From an uncultured Phycisphaerales bacterium (lineage in GTDB: Bacteria; Planctomycetota; Phycisphaerae; Tepidisphaerales; Tepidisphaeraceae), in assembly GCA_963755915.1 (NCBI GenBank), contig CAVWLP010000002.1:3392001-3456000 (forward strand): DNA of 64,000 nucleotides, given 5' to 3'. Position 1 is the first letter of the stretch, and each line of letters opens with the position of its first letter. Position numbers and translations under genes: made by a program. Under the pieces are notes generated by a model, which was not told the origin of the DNA, ran no database searches, and saw only the letters and a program-made list of their open reading frames with translations. Positions 1 through 9,748 of this stretch are shown piece by piece.

Positions 1-1665
1 TTGCGAGCACCGGGGCCTTTTGCATCTTTTTGATAACCACACGGTTGCCCAGCACTTCTTCCGACGCTTGCTTAATGCGGCCTACCAACTTGAACTGGTT
101 GAGCTAGATAATCTTGCGGAAAACTTCCCAGCAATTGACCTCGCGGATGCAAACAAGCGGATTGCCTACCAGGTTACTACCGAGAAAGCTAGCGAAAAGG
201 TTACGAAGACCCTCAGCAAATTCAAACAACACAAACTCGATGCGCGGTTCGACACCGTTAAGATCCTCATTATCGGCGACCGGCAACAAACGTACGACGC
301 CGTTAGAATTCCAGACAAACTGAAATTCAGCACGACCGACGACATAATCGACGTCGCTGGCCTACTAAAGCACATTAAGACGCTGGACACGGCTCAACTA
401 GAGGCGATCCAGGAAGTCCTCGCCGAGGAAGTGAAGTCGCCACTTAGGTTCTCGCTCGCGGCCACGGCGCTGGGCGGACTTTCGATTGACATCGGGGTTT
501 TGCGCGAACCACCGCTGCACACCGACCCCGGCGAGACTTTCACCGATGACAGGGTACTGCGCTACACCCTCACCAAGGAGAAAGCCGAGGAGGAAGTGTC
601 GGTAATTTTGCCGCAGATGGGCTATTTATCCCAAATCGGGAAGTCGCCGATTGACGCGATCCCCTTCTTCCATAACCCTTTCAAATGCCATTATCCCTGC
701 CTCGACGTCACGTTCGTGAACAACACGGGCGAGACGTTGGCGATCACCGAGGCAGTTTTCGAGGTTGCCGAGAGCGTTCCGGACATCTTGCCCGTTATCG
801 TGTTTAAAGACGACAACGCCCGAATGCAGTTGATTATCGATAACGAGGGGTGGGGCAAGGTATGCAAGCCGGTTATGCGGTGCAATATAGTGCCCACGGG
901 AGCGACGGACGTTCTCCCGGACCCGCCAATCGGCCACGTCCCTGTGACGGGGCCATATGCACACGAAATACATTTGCCAGATTTCGAAGAAATCACCACC
1001 CTCGATCTAGCAGACACTTTCACGAAGCTCGGGGTTGATGTGAAGACCATAAAGGAAACGCATGCGGTAGGGCAGGCACTTGCGTGGCGCACGCGGTGCA
1101 GAATGGGCTCAATGTGGCTCTGTGGCAACACTATGGCCGCTTCCCGGAACTGGAAACGGACGAGGCGTGGGCGCCGTTCCCCGACGGGTACGCCGTTGTC
1201 GCGGGTACCCTCGACTACCAAGACGAGGCGGGCGCCGCCTACGCCGTGCCATTCCGCGTTCGGGTATTTCTCTTTCAGACCAAATACAACCTCCCCATGC
1301 CGCCGAGCTACACCTACAATGCGATGCTCGAACCAGAGGGCAAAAAATATGCTGTTGTCTGCCCGGTTGTTCATTCACTCAAAAATGGCGAAGCGGATCG
1401 GATTCACATTCGGGTCGGATGTCTCCGATCGGCGACCCACAAACTCCGCATTAAATGGCGATTAAGCGCGGGAAGGGAATTGGTAAGCAAACCGATCACC
1501 CTGCAACATTTCGTTCCAAGGCGGTGGGCGCAAAAACGTAAAAATCGGAGCGAGGTGGGGCAGGAAGAGAAAGCACAGCTACCGGCTACACACCCGCAGA
1601 TGGGGTGCGTGGAAGCGACTGTCCTGACGGCGCTGAAAATCGCAGGCCGCCGCCGTGAGAAGTAA
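1..1665 (+). CDS. SMEK-domain protein (5'-truncated by the window edge; frameshift ~1075), putative defence effector with an unassigned C-terminal region
   Basis: Frame 2 is open from base 2 (CEHRGLLHLFDNHTVAQHFF...NFPAIDLAD...AYQVT), matching the SMEK N-terminal pattern. Protein-like sequence continues in ORF 1084..1665. Confidence 0.7.
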
Positions 1666-1777
1666 GAGGGCTCAGCCGACGGGCGGCCCCCCCATAGAGG
1701 AGCGATGCGGTGCCCCTACCTACCTGACGCCGCCGGCGCTGAAGCGTTAGAGTTGAAATTCGCTTCAAATTTTCTTC

Positions 1778-1813
1778 TTGACTTTGGAAATGATAGTTAG
1801 GTATAAGTTAGGT
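1778..1813 (+). promoter_or_regulatory. sigma70-like promoter overlapped by an AGTTAGGT direct repeat
   Basis: TTGACT 1778-1783, N18, TATAAG 1802-1807. AGTTAGGT occurs at 1795 and 1806 (11-bp period). Confidence 0.5.
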
Positions 1814-1855
1814 TCTCGAAGTCCCGGACTTCTTATCTTGCACGGAGCCACCCAT

Positions 1856-2449
1856 ATGCCCAAACGCCCTTTTCCCCTCCCCAACTTTCCCGACGACCCC
1901 GACCCTACCGCTCGACCCTCCATCGAAGTCCCGCCGGTGTCCCCACCGGCGGAATTCAACGCCCTAAACTCGTATGGCCGATCCGACACCAGCGACCCAC
2001 CCCCCGGGGGGGATATGGGACATTCTGAGTCAGAGCGGGACTTCTCCGACATCGAACCCCTTTCCGAACGTCAACTCCAGGCCATCGAGCTCACCATGCT
2101 CGGCCACTCTGACGTCTACATCGCCGAAACACTCCGCATCAACCGCCGCACCCTCTGGCGATGGAAAAATCTCGACGACGACTACCGCCGCGTCCTCAAC
2201 AACGCCCGCATCCAGATGTACGCCTCCGCCGCCGACCGCTATCAAACGCTCCTCTCTCGCGCCACCGGCATCCTCTCCCAATCCCTCCAGGATCCCGCCG
2301 ACGAACACTCCTTCCGCGCTGCGGTCGTCGTCCTCAATATGGCCGGCTGCTTCCGACCCCTGCCACCAAAGTACTTCCCCCCCGCGGAAAAAGCCCCCGA
2401 AGAATACAAGCCCTGGCCACCCCCCGATCTGCCGGAGAAAGTGGGGTAA
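1856..2449 (+). CDS. Helix-turn-helix protein (phBC6A51/terminase-small-subunit-like HTH) with Pro-rich termini
   Basis: LSERQLQAIELTMLGHSDVYIAETLRINRRTLWRWK HTH pattern; GGAG upstream of ATG 1856. Confidence 0.65.
   Translation: MPKRPFPLPNFPDDPDPTARPSIEVPPVSPPAEFNALNSYGRSDTSDPPPGGDMGHSESERDFSDIEPLSERQLQAIELTMLGHSDVYIAETLRINRRTLWRWKNLDDDYRRVLNNARIQMYASAADRYQTLLSRATGILSQSLQDPADEHSFRAAVVVLNMAGCFRPLPPKYFPPAEKAPEEYKPWPPPDLPEKVG
1931..1952. repeat. REP-like palindrome, family A, copy 1 (inside a CDS)
   Basis: CCGCCGGTG-TCCC-CACCGGCGG, the exact reverse complement of 37855-37876. Confidence 0.7.
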
Positions 2450-2633
2450 GCCACAGTGCGGAAACCCTCTTATCCCCTCCTCTGGTGCGCCAGGCGCAGC
2501 CCCCGCGGGACTGTTAATGTCGCGGCTGAAGCGCCAATCGATGAGGATTTCTGCAGAGCATTTTCAATCGCGATAAAATGGCATCGGCGCGATTGTCCGG
2601 TCCAGCGACCGGCCGTCCATTACCGGTTTGAAA

Positions 2634-4181
2634 ATGGAAACCAGCGACGCCGAATTGCTTCGCCAGTTCGCGGCGGAAGGCTCGAGCGAAGCCTTCGCGG
2701 GTCTTGTTCGGCGGTATAGCGGGATGGTTTATTCCTCCGCGCGGCGACAGGTTGGCGATCCTCACCTGGCGGAAGATGTGACACAGGCGGTGTTCATTCT
2801 GTTGACGCGCAAAGCGAGCGGGATTCGCGGGGAGATTTTGACGCCGTGGCTTTTGAGGGCTACGTTTTTTGCCTCGCGAGACGCCAAAAAGCTCAAGGCG
2901 CGGCGGGAATTTCATGAAAAACAGGCGGCGGTTATGCGACCGGACCCGATTAGTTCCAAATCAAACGAGCCCGGCTGGGAAGACTATGCGCCCTGCGTCG
3001 ACGCCGCCCTGGCGAGACTTGGGGCGAAGGATCGGCAGGCGTTGGCGCTGCGGTTTTTCCGAGGGATGAAGCTCAGCGAAGTGGGGGAATCGATGGGGAT
3101 TGGCGAGGAAGCGGCTCGGAAGCGGGTTGATCGGGCGATTTCTCGGCTTCGGCGCACGATCGTGGCATCCGCAGCGGCGCCGGCGGAATCGGCACTTTGT
3201 GCACAGTTGCTGGCGCGAGCGACTGAGCCTGCGCCGGCGCATCTGGTTCATTCAATCGCGGCCGGAGGCGGCGGTGTGGCGAAGGGAACGATTGCCTGGG
3301 CTATCGCTAAGAAAGCGGGAGATGCCATGACATGGATCAAGGTGAAGATCGCTGCGGCGGTTGTTGCGGTGAGCGTTGCGGCGGGCGGCGGGACTGCGAC
3401 GATTGTTGTGTTGGCCCAGAGCCAGTCCCAGGCTCCTCCTCCGCCTCCAGCGGCTCATGCCTCGCCGACGCCGCAGCCGTTTGTCAGTCCCGAGGACCAG
3501 GCGGCGAATGGAGTCCTCAACCAGGTGTTACCAGGCATGAACCTGGCGAAAGCGGGGTTTGGCGATTGCATCGATTTCGCTCGTGATTTTACCAATGGGA
3601 ATTTCTACGTTGATTGGAAAGCGCTTAGTGAAATCGGCGTGACCCCGAAAACACATGTTGGGCAATCCGAGCCGAGCAAGAAAGTGTCCGCTTTCCTGAC
3701 GGATATCCTTGGGCGGGCCTCGCCGGATCTCACTTATCATATCCATGACGGGGTGATTGTGATCACGACTGCGAAGCAGCTTTCGATTGACAATGGCGCG
3801 CCCGGTCCCGACCTTCGTGAAATTCGTGACAGCAGAGATCCTCGACTCAGCCCTGCGGATCGCGCGGCGGAAATGAAGCTTGAAAAAGTCTTGGCGAGCC
3901 TCCAGCTTCCACAATCGCCCTTTGGCGACGTGATGGATTTCATGCGCGATATTACTGGTCTGAATATTTCGGTGAACTGGGATGCGCTCAAGGCGGTGGG
4001 AATAACACGGAATACCCAGGTCGCTATTACCCTGCGTAACGTCAAGACCTCCACCGCGCTGGAGTTCGATCTGAAGGACGCCGGTGAAGATAAGCTTGGT
4101 TTCCGCCTCCACAGCGGCGTGGTCGTGATCTCGACAATTTCCGATCTGGCGCCACCGGCAACGTCGCCTTCACCGCACTGA
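2634..4181 (+). CDS. ECF sigma-70 factor with C-terminal extension (TM helix plus two STN/secretin-N-like repeats)
   Basis: sigma2 ([13 protein letters not shown]...PWL), sigma4 ([30 protein letters not shown]), TM segment [15 protein letters not shown], two repeats of F.D..DF.RD.T..N..V.W.AL...G.T. Confidence 0.85.
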   Translation: METSDAELLRQFAAEGSSEAFAGLVRRYSGMVYSSARRQVGDPHLAEDVTQAVFILLTRKASGIRGEILTPWLLRATFFASRDAKKLKARREFHEKQAAVMRPDPISSKSNEPGWEDYAPCVDAALARLGAKDRQALALRFFRGMKLSEVGESMGIGEEAARKRVDRAISRLRRTIVASAAAPAESALCAQLLARATEPAPAHLVHSIAAGGGGVAKGTIAWAIAKKAGDAMTWIKVKIAAAVVAVSVAAGGGTATIVVLAQSQSQAPPPPPAAHASPTPQPFVSPEDQAANGVLNQVLPGMNLAKAGFGDCIDFARDFTNGNFYVDWKALSEIGVTPKTHVGQSEPSKKVSAFLTDILGRASPDLTYHIHDGVIVITTAKQLSIDNGAPGPDLREIRDSRDPRLSPADRAAEMKLEKVLASLQLPQSPFGDVMDFMRDITGLNISVNWDALKAVGITRNTQVAITLRNVKTSTALEFDLKDAGEDKLGFRLHSGVVVISTISDLAPPATSPSPH

Positions 4182-4225
4182 TTCGAAACTTTGCCTAAAT
4201 CGCCAACCCGGCGACAATACCGTTT

Positions 4226-4858
4226 ATGGGCGAGCTTTTCTTCTTTCAGCTTGGCAAGATCATAGAGGCGTACCAGTGCGACACGTTTTTCGAAACGGGG
4301 ACGGGGTTTGGGTTTGGGGTTCAGATCGCACGAATGTTTCCGTTCAAACATATCCTCTCCGTGGAAATTCTGGTGAGCGAGGTTGAGCGGCTGAAGCCGG
4401 CGTTTGCGTCGGATCGGCGGGTGCAGCTCTTCGCGGGGAAGAGCAGCGACATCATGAGCCAGGTTTTGCCGCAGGTTCCGGGGAATATTATCTTCTGGCT
4501 GGATGCGCATTTTCCGGGGGCGCATCATCATTATGTTAATTATGATGCCGAGAAGGATATCGATACGCGGCTGCCGCTGGAGCGGGAACTTTCGCTCATT
4601 AAGGAGCTTCGTCCTGGCAAACGCGATGTGATCCTCATCGATGACCTGCGGATTTATGAGCGGGACAATTTTGAGTGGGGGAACATGAGCGATCATGGAC
4701 TGGGGGAGGTGGCGAAGCTGGATTCGCGGTTTCTCTTCACGACGTTTGAGCAGACGCATGTGGCGCAGCGATTTTTGAATCATTCGGGGTATCTGGCGCT
4801 GCTGCCGAAGCCTGTCGGGGAAAATCCGAAACCAGAAACCAGAATGCCGAATCAATGA
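4226..4858 (+). CDS. Class I SAM-dependent methyltransferase-like protein
   Basis: FFETGTGFG motif I, SVEI, FWLDAH and ILIDD motifs. Confidence 0.65.
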   Translation: MGELFFFQLGKIIEAYQCDTFFETGTGFGFGVQIARMFPFKHILSVEILVSEVERLKPAFASDRRVQLFAGKSSDIMSQVLPQVPGNIIFWLDAHFPGAHHHYVNYDAEKDIDTRLPLERELSLIKELRPGKRDVILIDDLRIYERDNFEWGNMSDHGLGEVAKLDSRFLFTTFEQTHVAQRFLNHSGYLALLPKPVGENPKPETRMPNQ

Positions 4859-4882
4859 TCGAATGACGAAATCAGAAATTGG
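4822..4882. repeat. Degenerate heptamer tandem repeat (AAAYCAG/AATGMCG)
   Basis: aaatccg aaaccag aaaccag aatgccg ... aatgacg aaatcag aaattgg spanning the stop codon. Confidence 0.55.
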
Positions 4883-4930
4883 ATTTTTTAAGCTGGCCTC
4901 GGTCAGTCATTCTTGGCAAACTACTTCCCC

Positions 4931-5519
4931 ATGTCGCTGCCTCGTTTATATCTGATTCGTCACGGGAATACGGATTGGGCGGAAACGCACCGGTTTACGG
5001 GGCGGACGGATCTGCCGCTGAATGCGCGGGGAAGAGAACGCGCGAAGGCTTGCGGGGCGGTTGGCGGGGTTGTCGTTTGCCAAGGTCTTTTCCAGCCCGC
5101 TTCAGCGTGCAAGGAGGACGTGCGAACTGGCCGGATTCGCAGCAGCGGCGGAGATTGATCCCGATCTTTTGGAATGGGATTACGGGCAATATGAGGGGCA
5201 CTCGTCGATAGTGGTGCATCAGGAGCATCCGGAATGGAGTCTTTTTCGGGACGGTGCTCCCGGTGGAGAATCGCCGGCGGCGATTGCGGCGCGGGCGGAT
5301 CGGTTCATCGCGAAGGTGCGGCAGATTTCGGGGGATGTGGCGGCGTTTTCGAGCGGGCATATCACGCGGGTGCTGGGGGCGCGGTGGATTAATCTTGGGC
5401 CGGAGGCGGCGGGGAAACTGCTGTGCAATACGGCCAGCGTCAATATCCTGAGCTATGAGCATGATATGAATCATCCGGCGATCGATCTTTGGAATGATGA
5501 TGGAAGAATTCGGTCTTGA
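4931..5519 (+). CDS. Histidine phosphatase (phosphoglycerate mutase family), frameshift ~5045
   Basis: LYLIRHGNT...TD.PL in ORF 4913; SSPLQRARRT and EWDYGQYEG in ORF 5022. Confidence 0.9.
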
Positions 5520-5521
5520 GG

Positions 5522-6410
5522 TCACCGCGCGGCAATCAGCCCAAACCGCGTATGGACTCTTCGCTCCAGCGGGCCGAAGGCGAAGCGGTCGGCGAGCATT
5601 CCGATGAGGACCATCACGATCATCACGGCGACGACCTGGGAGATCAGGGAATTGTTTTCGCCCATGTTGAGGAGAAAACCGAGGCCCTGGTGATCGCCGA
5701 CGAGGGGGAAAATCAGTTCGGCGCCCATGAGGGATCGCCAGGCGAAGCTGAAGCCCTGACGCAGGCTGCTGGCGAGGGCGGGGAGACTGGCGGGGAAGAG
5801 GACGTAGCGATAGAGGCGCCAGCCGTGGGCGCCGATCATCAGGCCTGCGCGGCGGTAGAGGGGGGGAATGGCGCAGGCCGTCGCGCATGGAGATGGCAAT
5901 GCCGAAGGTGCTGCCCATGACCAGGACGAATAGGATACCGGTTTCACTGAAGCTGAAGACGAGGATGGCGAGGGGCACCCAGCAGACGCTGGGGAGGGTT
6001 TGAAGGCCGAGAAAGACGGGCCTTAGGAATTCATCCAATGCCGGCCAGCGCCACATGGCGGCTCCGAGCGCGGCGCCGAGAATGATGCTGATTGAAAATC
6101 CGGCGATGAGGCGGACGCCGCTGACGATGTCGGCTTTGACCAACTGGCTGTGAATGATGCGGGAGGGGAGGGATCCGTCGCTGGGCTGGGCGTCGGTGAG
6201 GGCGGGCCAGCCTTTGTGGAGATCTTCGCCGAAGCCGGTTTGGATGCCGAGCATGTCGAGCATTGAATCGAGGACCTGGCTGGGGGCGGGAAAGATGAAG
6301 GTGCGCCAGTGGATGATCCTATATGCCGCTTCCCATGTCGTCAGCAAAAGAACCCAGATCAGCGTTCTCTTCAGGCCGCCAAGTATCCTCTGCCGAGCGG
6401 GCGTTAGCAC
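5522..6410 (-). CDS. ssuC: Sulfonate/nitrate/taurine ABC permease, frameshift ~5865
   Basis: FPAPSQV and LQTLPSVCWVPLAI motifs; SLRQGFSFAWRSLMGAEL in the second frame. Confidence 0.8.
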
Positions 6411-7209
6411 GATTGACCTCTTCGGTGATTTCTCTACGGACGAGCCGCGCCAGTTCGTTGATGTCCGGGCTGTCGAATTTTCTGGGATGGGGTAGCTCAA
6501 CGCAAATCTCCTTGCGAATCCTGCCCGGATGGGTGTGGAGGATGATGATTCGGTCGGCAAGGCGGACGGCTTCGCCGACCGAATGGGTTACGAACAAGAT
6601 GGTTTTTTTAGTTTCGATCCAGAGGGACTGAAGCTGGCCGTGCATGTCGGTTCGGGTCTGGGCGTCGAGGGCGGCGAAGGGTTCGTCCATGAGGAGGACA
6701 GCCGGGTTGACGACCATGGCGCGGGCGATGGCAATGCGCTGGCGCATTCCGCCGGAGAGTTCGTGAACGAGCTTTTCGGCGCTGCCGGAGAGATGGACCA
6801 TGGCCAGGGCATCGGCGACGCGTGCGGCGCGTTCGGTTTTGGAAATTCCGGACATTTTCAGGCCGAATTCGACGTTTTGGGAGGCGGTGAGCCAGGGGAA
6901 GAGACCGTGGTCCTGGAAGACCATGGCGCGTTCGGGGCCGGGGGCGGTGATGGGCTTGCCATCGAGCTGCGCGGCTCCGGCGTCGGGGGAAATCATTCCG
7001 GCGGCAATGTTGAGCAGGGTTGATTTGCCGCTGCCGCTGGGGCCGACGACGACGACGAATTCACCGGGGCGGCAATCGAGGGTGATGTCCTCGATGGCGG
7101 CCATATCGGAGGCGCCGAATCGCTTGGAAACGCGGTCGAGCTTGAGCCAACCGACGGTTGTCTGCGAATCGGGTTCGGCGACTGCTGATTTTCCGCTGAA
7201 AAACATCAT
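6319..7209 (-). CDS. ssuB: Sulfonate/nitrate ABC ATP-binding protein
   Basis: GPSGSGKST, LSGGMRQR, LLMDEPFAALD, VTHS. Confidence 0.88.
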   Translation of the reverse strand: MMFFSGKSAVAEPDSQTTVGWLKLDRVSKRFGASDMAAIEDITLDCRPGEFVVVVGPSGSGKSTLLNIAAGMISPDAGAAQLDGKPITAPGPERAMVFQDHGLFPWLTASQNVEFGLKMSGISKTERAARVADALAMVHLSGSAEKLVHELSGGMRQRIAIARAMVVNPAVLLMDEPFAALDAQTRTDMHGQLQSLWIETKKTILFVTHSVGEAVRLADRIIILHTHPGRIRKEICVELPHPRKFDSPDINELARLVRREITEEVNRANARSAEDTWRPEENADLGSFADDMGSGI

Positions 7210-7224
7210 TTTTCATTCCCCGGT

Positions 7225-8265
7225 TCAGGGTTGAGTCGCCGCGGGAGCCGCATCGAGCTTTTGGAGGATGTCGGTCGCAAAAAGGCCTGTGAGGGGCGGC
7301 GCCGACTTGATGAACTTCAAATCATACGACCACTGCTCCATGGTGGCGAATGTATCGGGGAGGGGATCGTCGGTGAATTCCGTTCGTTTGAGGGCGTCCT
7401 GCATGACGGTTCCCGGCAGCTTCTTGCCGCCGAGGGATACCAGGGCATCGTTCAATTGGTCGGCGTAATTGAGTGGATTCTGCTTTAGCCGCTGGGTCCA
7501 GGTTCGATGGACTGCCAGGATTGTTTCCAAAACATCGGGGTGATTCTGGAGGAAATCGGGGGTTGTCACGACCACGGTGAGCGAGAACTCGTGATTTGGC
7601 CAGAGGTCTTTCTCTTCGCCGATGAGAACGGCGCCGGTCTGATCGATCAGGCGTGCGCCCCAGGGTTCGGGTTCCCAGGCGGCGTCGATGGCATCGCGGG
7701 CCATCAGGCCGCTTTGCTGGCTGTTGGGAATTCCCTTGACGTTGTCGGCGTCGGGCTGTCCGAGGACTGCGGTGACATAATGCCGGGCGGAAACGTCCTG
7801 GGTGTTACCGAGCTGGGGGGTGGCGATGAGCTTGTCCTTGAGCTGCGACATTGATTGGATGCCGGAATTTTTGGAGGCGACGATGACCACGCCATTGGCA
7901 GCGGAGCCGCTGATGACGCGGATTGCCTGGCCGTTGGTGTTTACGTCTTCGGAAATCACGGGGCCGGGGCCGACGTAGGCGACGTCGATCGCGCCGGCGT
8001 TGAGGGCCTGCATTAACTCTGGGCCGGCGTTGAAGACTTTGGTGGTGAGCTTGGTGGGTCTCAGGGCGTTTTGTAATTCTCCGGAGGAGACTTCGAGGAC
8101 GGCCTGGGCGTGGGTGACGTTTGCGAAGTAGCCGAGGCGGACTTCGGGGAGGGGTGGGGGGGTTGTGGAGGTGGCTGACGGCGCGATTCCCTTGTCGCAG
8201 CCGGCGAGGGCGCAAGCGAAAAACAGGCCGCAGAGAAGGGCGGATTGGTACGTCTTCACTTCCAT
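7225..8265 (-). CDS. ssuA: Aliphatic sulfonate-type ABC substrate-binding lipoprotein
   Basis: Lipobox LAGC; RLGYFANVTHAQA, YVGPGP, TPQLGNTQD, PEPW. Confidence 0.85.
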   Translation of the reverse strand: MEVKTYQSALLCGLFFACALAGCDKGIAPSATSTTPPPLPEVRLGYFANVTHAQAVLEVSSGELQNALRPTKLTTKVFNAGPELMQALNAGAIDVAYVGPGPVISEDVNTNGQAIRVISGSAANGVVIVASKNSGIQSMSQLKDKLIATPQLGNTQDVSARHYVTAVLGQPDADNVKGIPNSQQSGLMARDAIDAAWEPEPWGARLIDQTGAVLIGEEKDLWPNHEFSLTVVVTTPDFLQNHPDVLETILAVHRTWTQRLKQNPLNYADQLNDALVSLGGKKLPGTVMQDALKRTEFTDDPLPDTFATMEQWSYDLKFIKSAPPLTGLFATDILQKLDAAPAATQP

Positions 8266-8291
8266 CCAATATAATCGAGGTTAGGCTTAGA

Positions 8292-8328
8292 TGCAATTTA
8301 ACCTAGCGAAATAGTAGGTTATCTTGCA
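8292..8328. promoter_or_regulatory. Palindromic operator upstream of the sulfonate ABC operon (Rrf2/CymR/IscR-like)
   Basis: TGCAA-tt-TAACCTA-N9-TAGGTTA-tc-TTGCA in an AT-rich intergenic region. Confidence 0.6.
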
Positions 8329-8384
8329 ACTGGCTGAATAGTTTGAAGTTATATGTTTGTTATCTTTGGGTGGACGCACGGAAC

Positions 8385-8416
8385 GCGCACCCCTTCGGGG
8401 TTGCGGCTAAACGGGA
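8385..8416. repeat. REP-like element, family B, copy 1
   Basis: GCGCACCCCTTCGGGGTTGCGGCTAAACGGGA; 30/32 identical to 33957-33988. Confidence 0.8.
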
Positions 8417-8426
8417 AGAATTCAAC

Positions 8427-9715
8427 TCAATCGCGAAACCGGCGGACGATGATCGTGTCGTTTTGCCCGCCGAAGCCGAAACTGTTGGACATCGCGACGT
8501 CGACTTTTGCGGGGCGGGCTTTGCCGGGGACGTAATCCAGATCGCATTCGGGATCGGGATGCTCGAGGTTCATCGTCGGGGGGAGAACATTGTCGCGGAT
8601 TGCCAGGACGCAGCAGATCAGCTCCACCGCGCCGGCGGCGGCGATGAGGTGGCCCATCATGCTCTTGATGCTGCTGACCGGGACAGTTTCGGGCGGAATC
8701 GCCGAAGACGGCTTTGATCGCGCCGGTTTCGTTGCCGTCGTTTTCGCGGGTGCCGGTGCCGTGGGCGTTGATGTAGTCGATGTCTTTTGGCGTGAGGTGG
8801 GCGTCGGCGAGGGCTTCCTTCATGGCGGCGATGGCGCCTTCGCCTTCGGGATGCTGATCGGTGATGCGGAAGGCGTCGGCGGTGGATCCGTATCCGACGA
8901 CTTCGGCGAGAATCGGTGCGCCGCGTTTTTTGGCGTGATCGAGCGTTTCCAGAATCACCATGCCGGCGCCTTCGCCGAGGACGAATCCGCCGCGCTGGGC
9001 GTCGAAGGGGCGGCTGGCGCGCGGGGGATTTTCGTTGGCGGTTGAGAGGGCGGTGAGGCGATTGAATCCGGTTACGCCGAAGGGATGGATCATGCTGTGA
9101 GCGCCGCCGCCGATCATGACGTCGGCATCGCCGCGGCGGAGGATTTCGGTGGCTTCGCCGATGGCTTGCGTGCTGGCGGCGCAGGCGGTGAGGCAATTCA
9201 TCGCGGGGCCGCGAGCGCCGGTGAGGAGTGCCAGATGGGACAGCGGCATGTTCGGCTCCTGCTCGAGCTCGCGGACGACGTTCATGCGTTCGAAGGCGAC
9301 CTCGGCCCATTTCACGGAGTCGATGGCGGTAGTGTCGGGTTTCCAGGCGGTGAGGGCGGCGCATGTGTATGCGTCGAAATCGAGCGAGCCTTCGCCGCTG
9401 CCGAGGTAGATTCCGACGCGGTCGAGGTCGAGAGTTGCCTGGTCCAGGCGGGCTGCCTTCCAGGCCTGCTGGCAGGCGCCGAGGGCGAACTGGGTATTGC
9501 GGCCAGCGCCGGCGTGCGGGTCCGATGTCGTCGATGAAATCGGCGAGGCGATAATCCTTCACTTCGGCGGAGATGCTGGTGGGAAAGGTTCCGGCGTCGA
9601 AAATCGTGGTGCGGGAGATGCCGGATTCGCCGGCGAGCAGGCGTTTCCAGACGGCTTCGATGGAATGTCCCATCGGGGTGACCCAGCCCATTCCGGTGAT
9701 GACGACTCGGTTCAT
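8427..9715 (-). CDS. fabF: Beta-ketoacyl-ACP synthase (FabF-like, catalytic triad intact), frameshifts ~9515 and ~8685
   Basis: [14 protein letters not shown] (Cys), NAHGTGT (His), MMGHL (His), [10 protein letters not shown]. Confidence 0.9.
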
Positions 9716-9748
9716 GAGCGATTCCTTTGCTGGAGCATCATAGGCGTG

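Noticed and set aside
1666-1752. Possible integron attC site after the SMEK gene (GCTGAAGCGTTAGAG)
   Set aside because: There is no matching RYYYAAC inverse core near the stop, the core is not GTTRRRY, and no integrase or second cassette is visible.
1856-2449. Terminase-small-like HTH as evidence of a prophage
   Set aside because: No large terminase, portal, capsid or integrase genes occur in the window.
4822-4915. Short repeats here and at 16875 and 32458 as CRISPR-like arrays
   Set aside because: The units are 7-10 bp with no unique spacers, and no cas genes are present.
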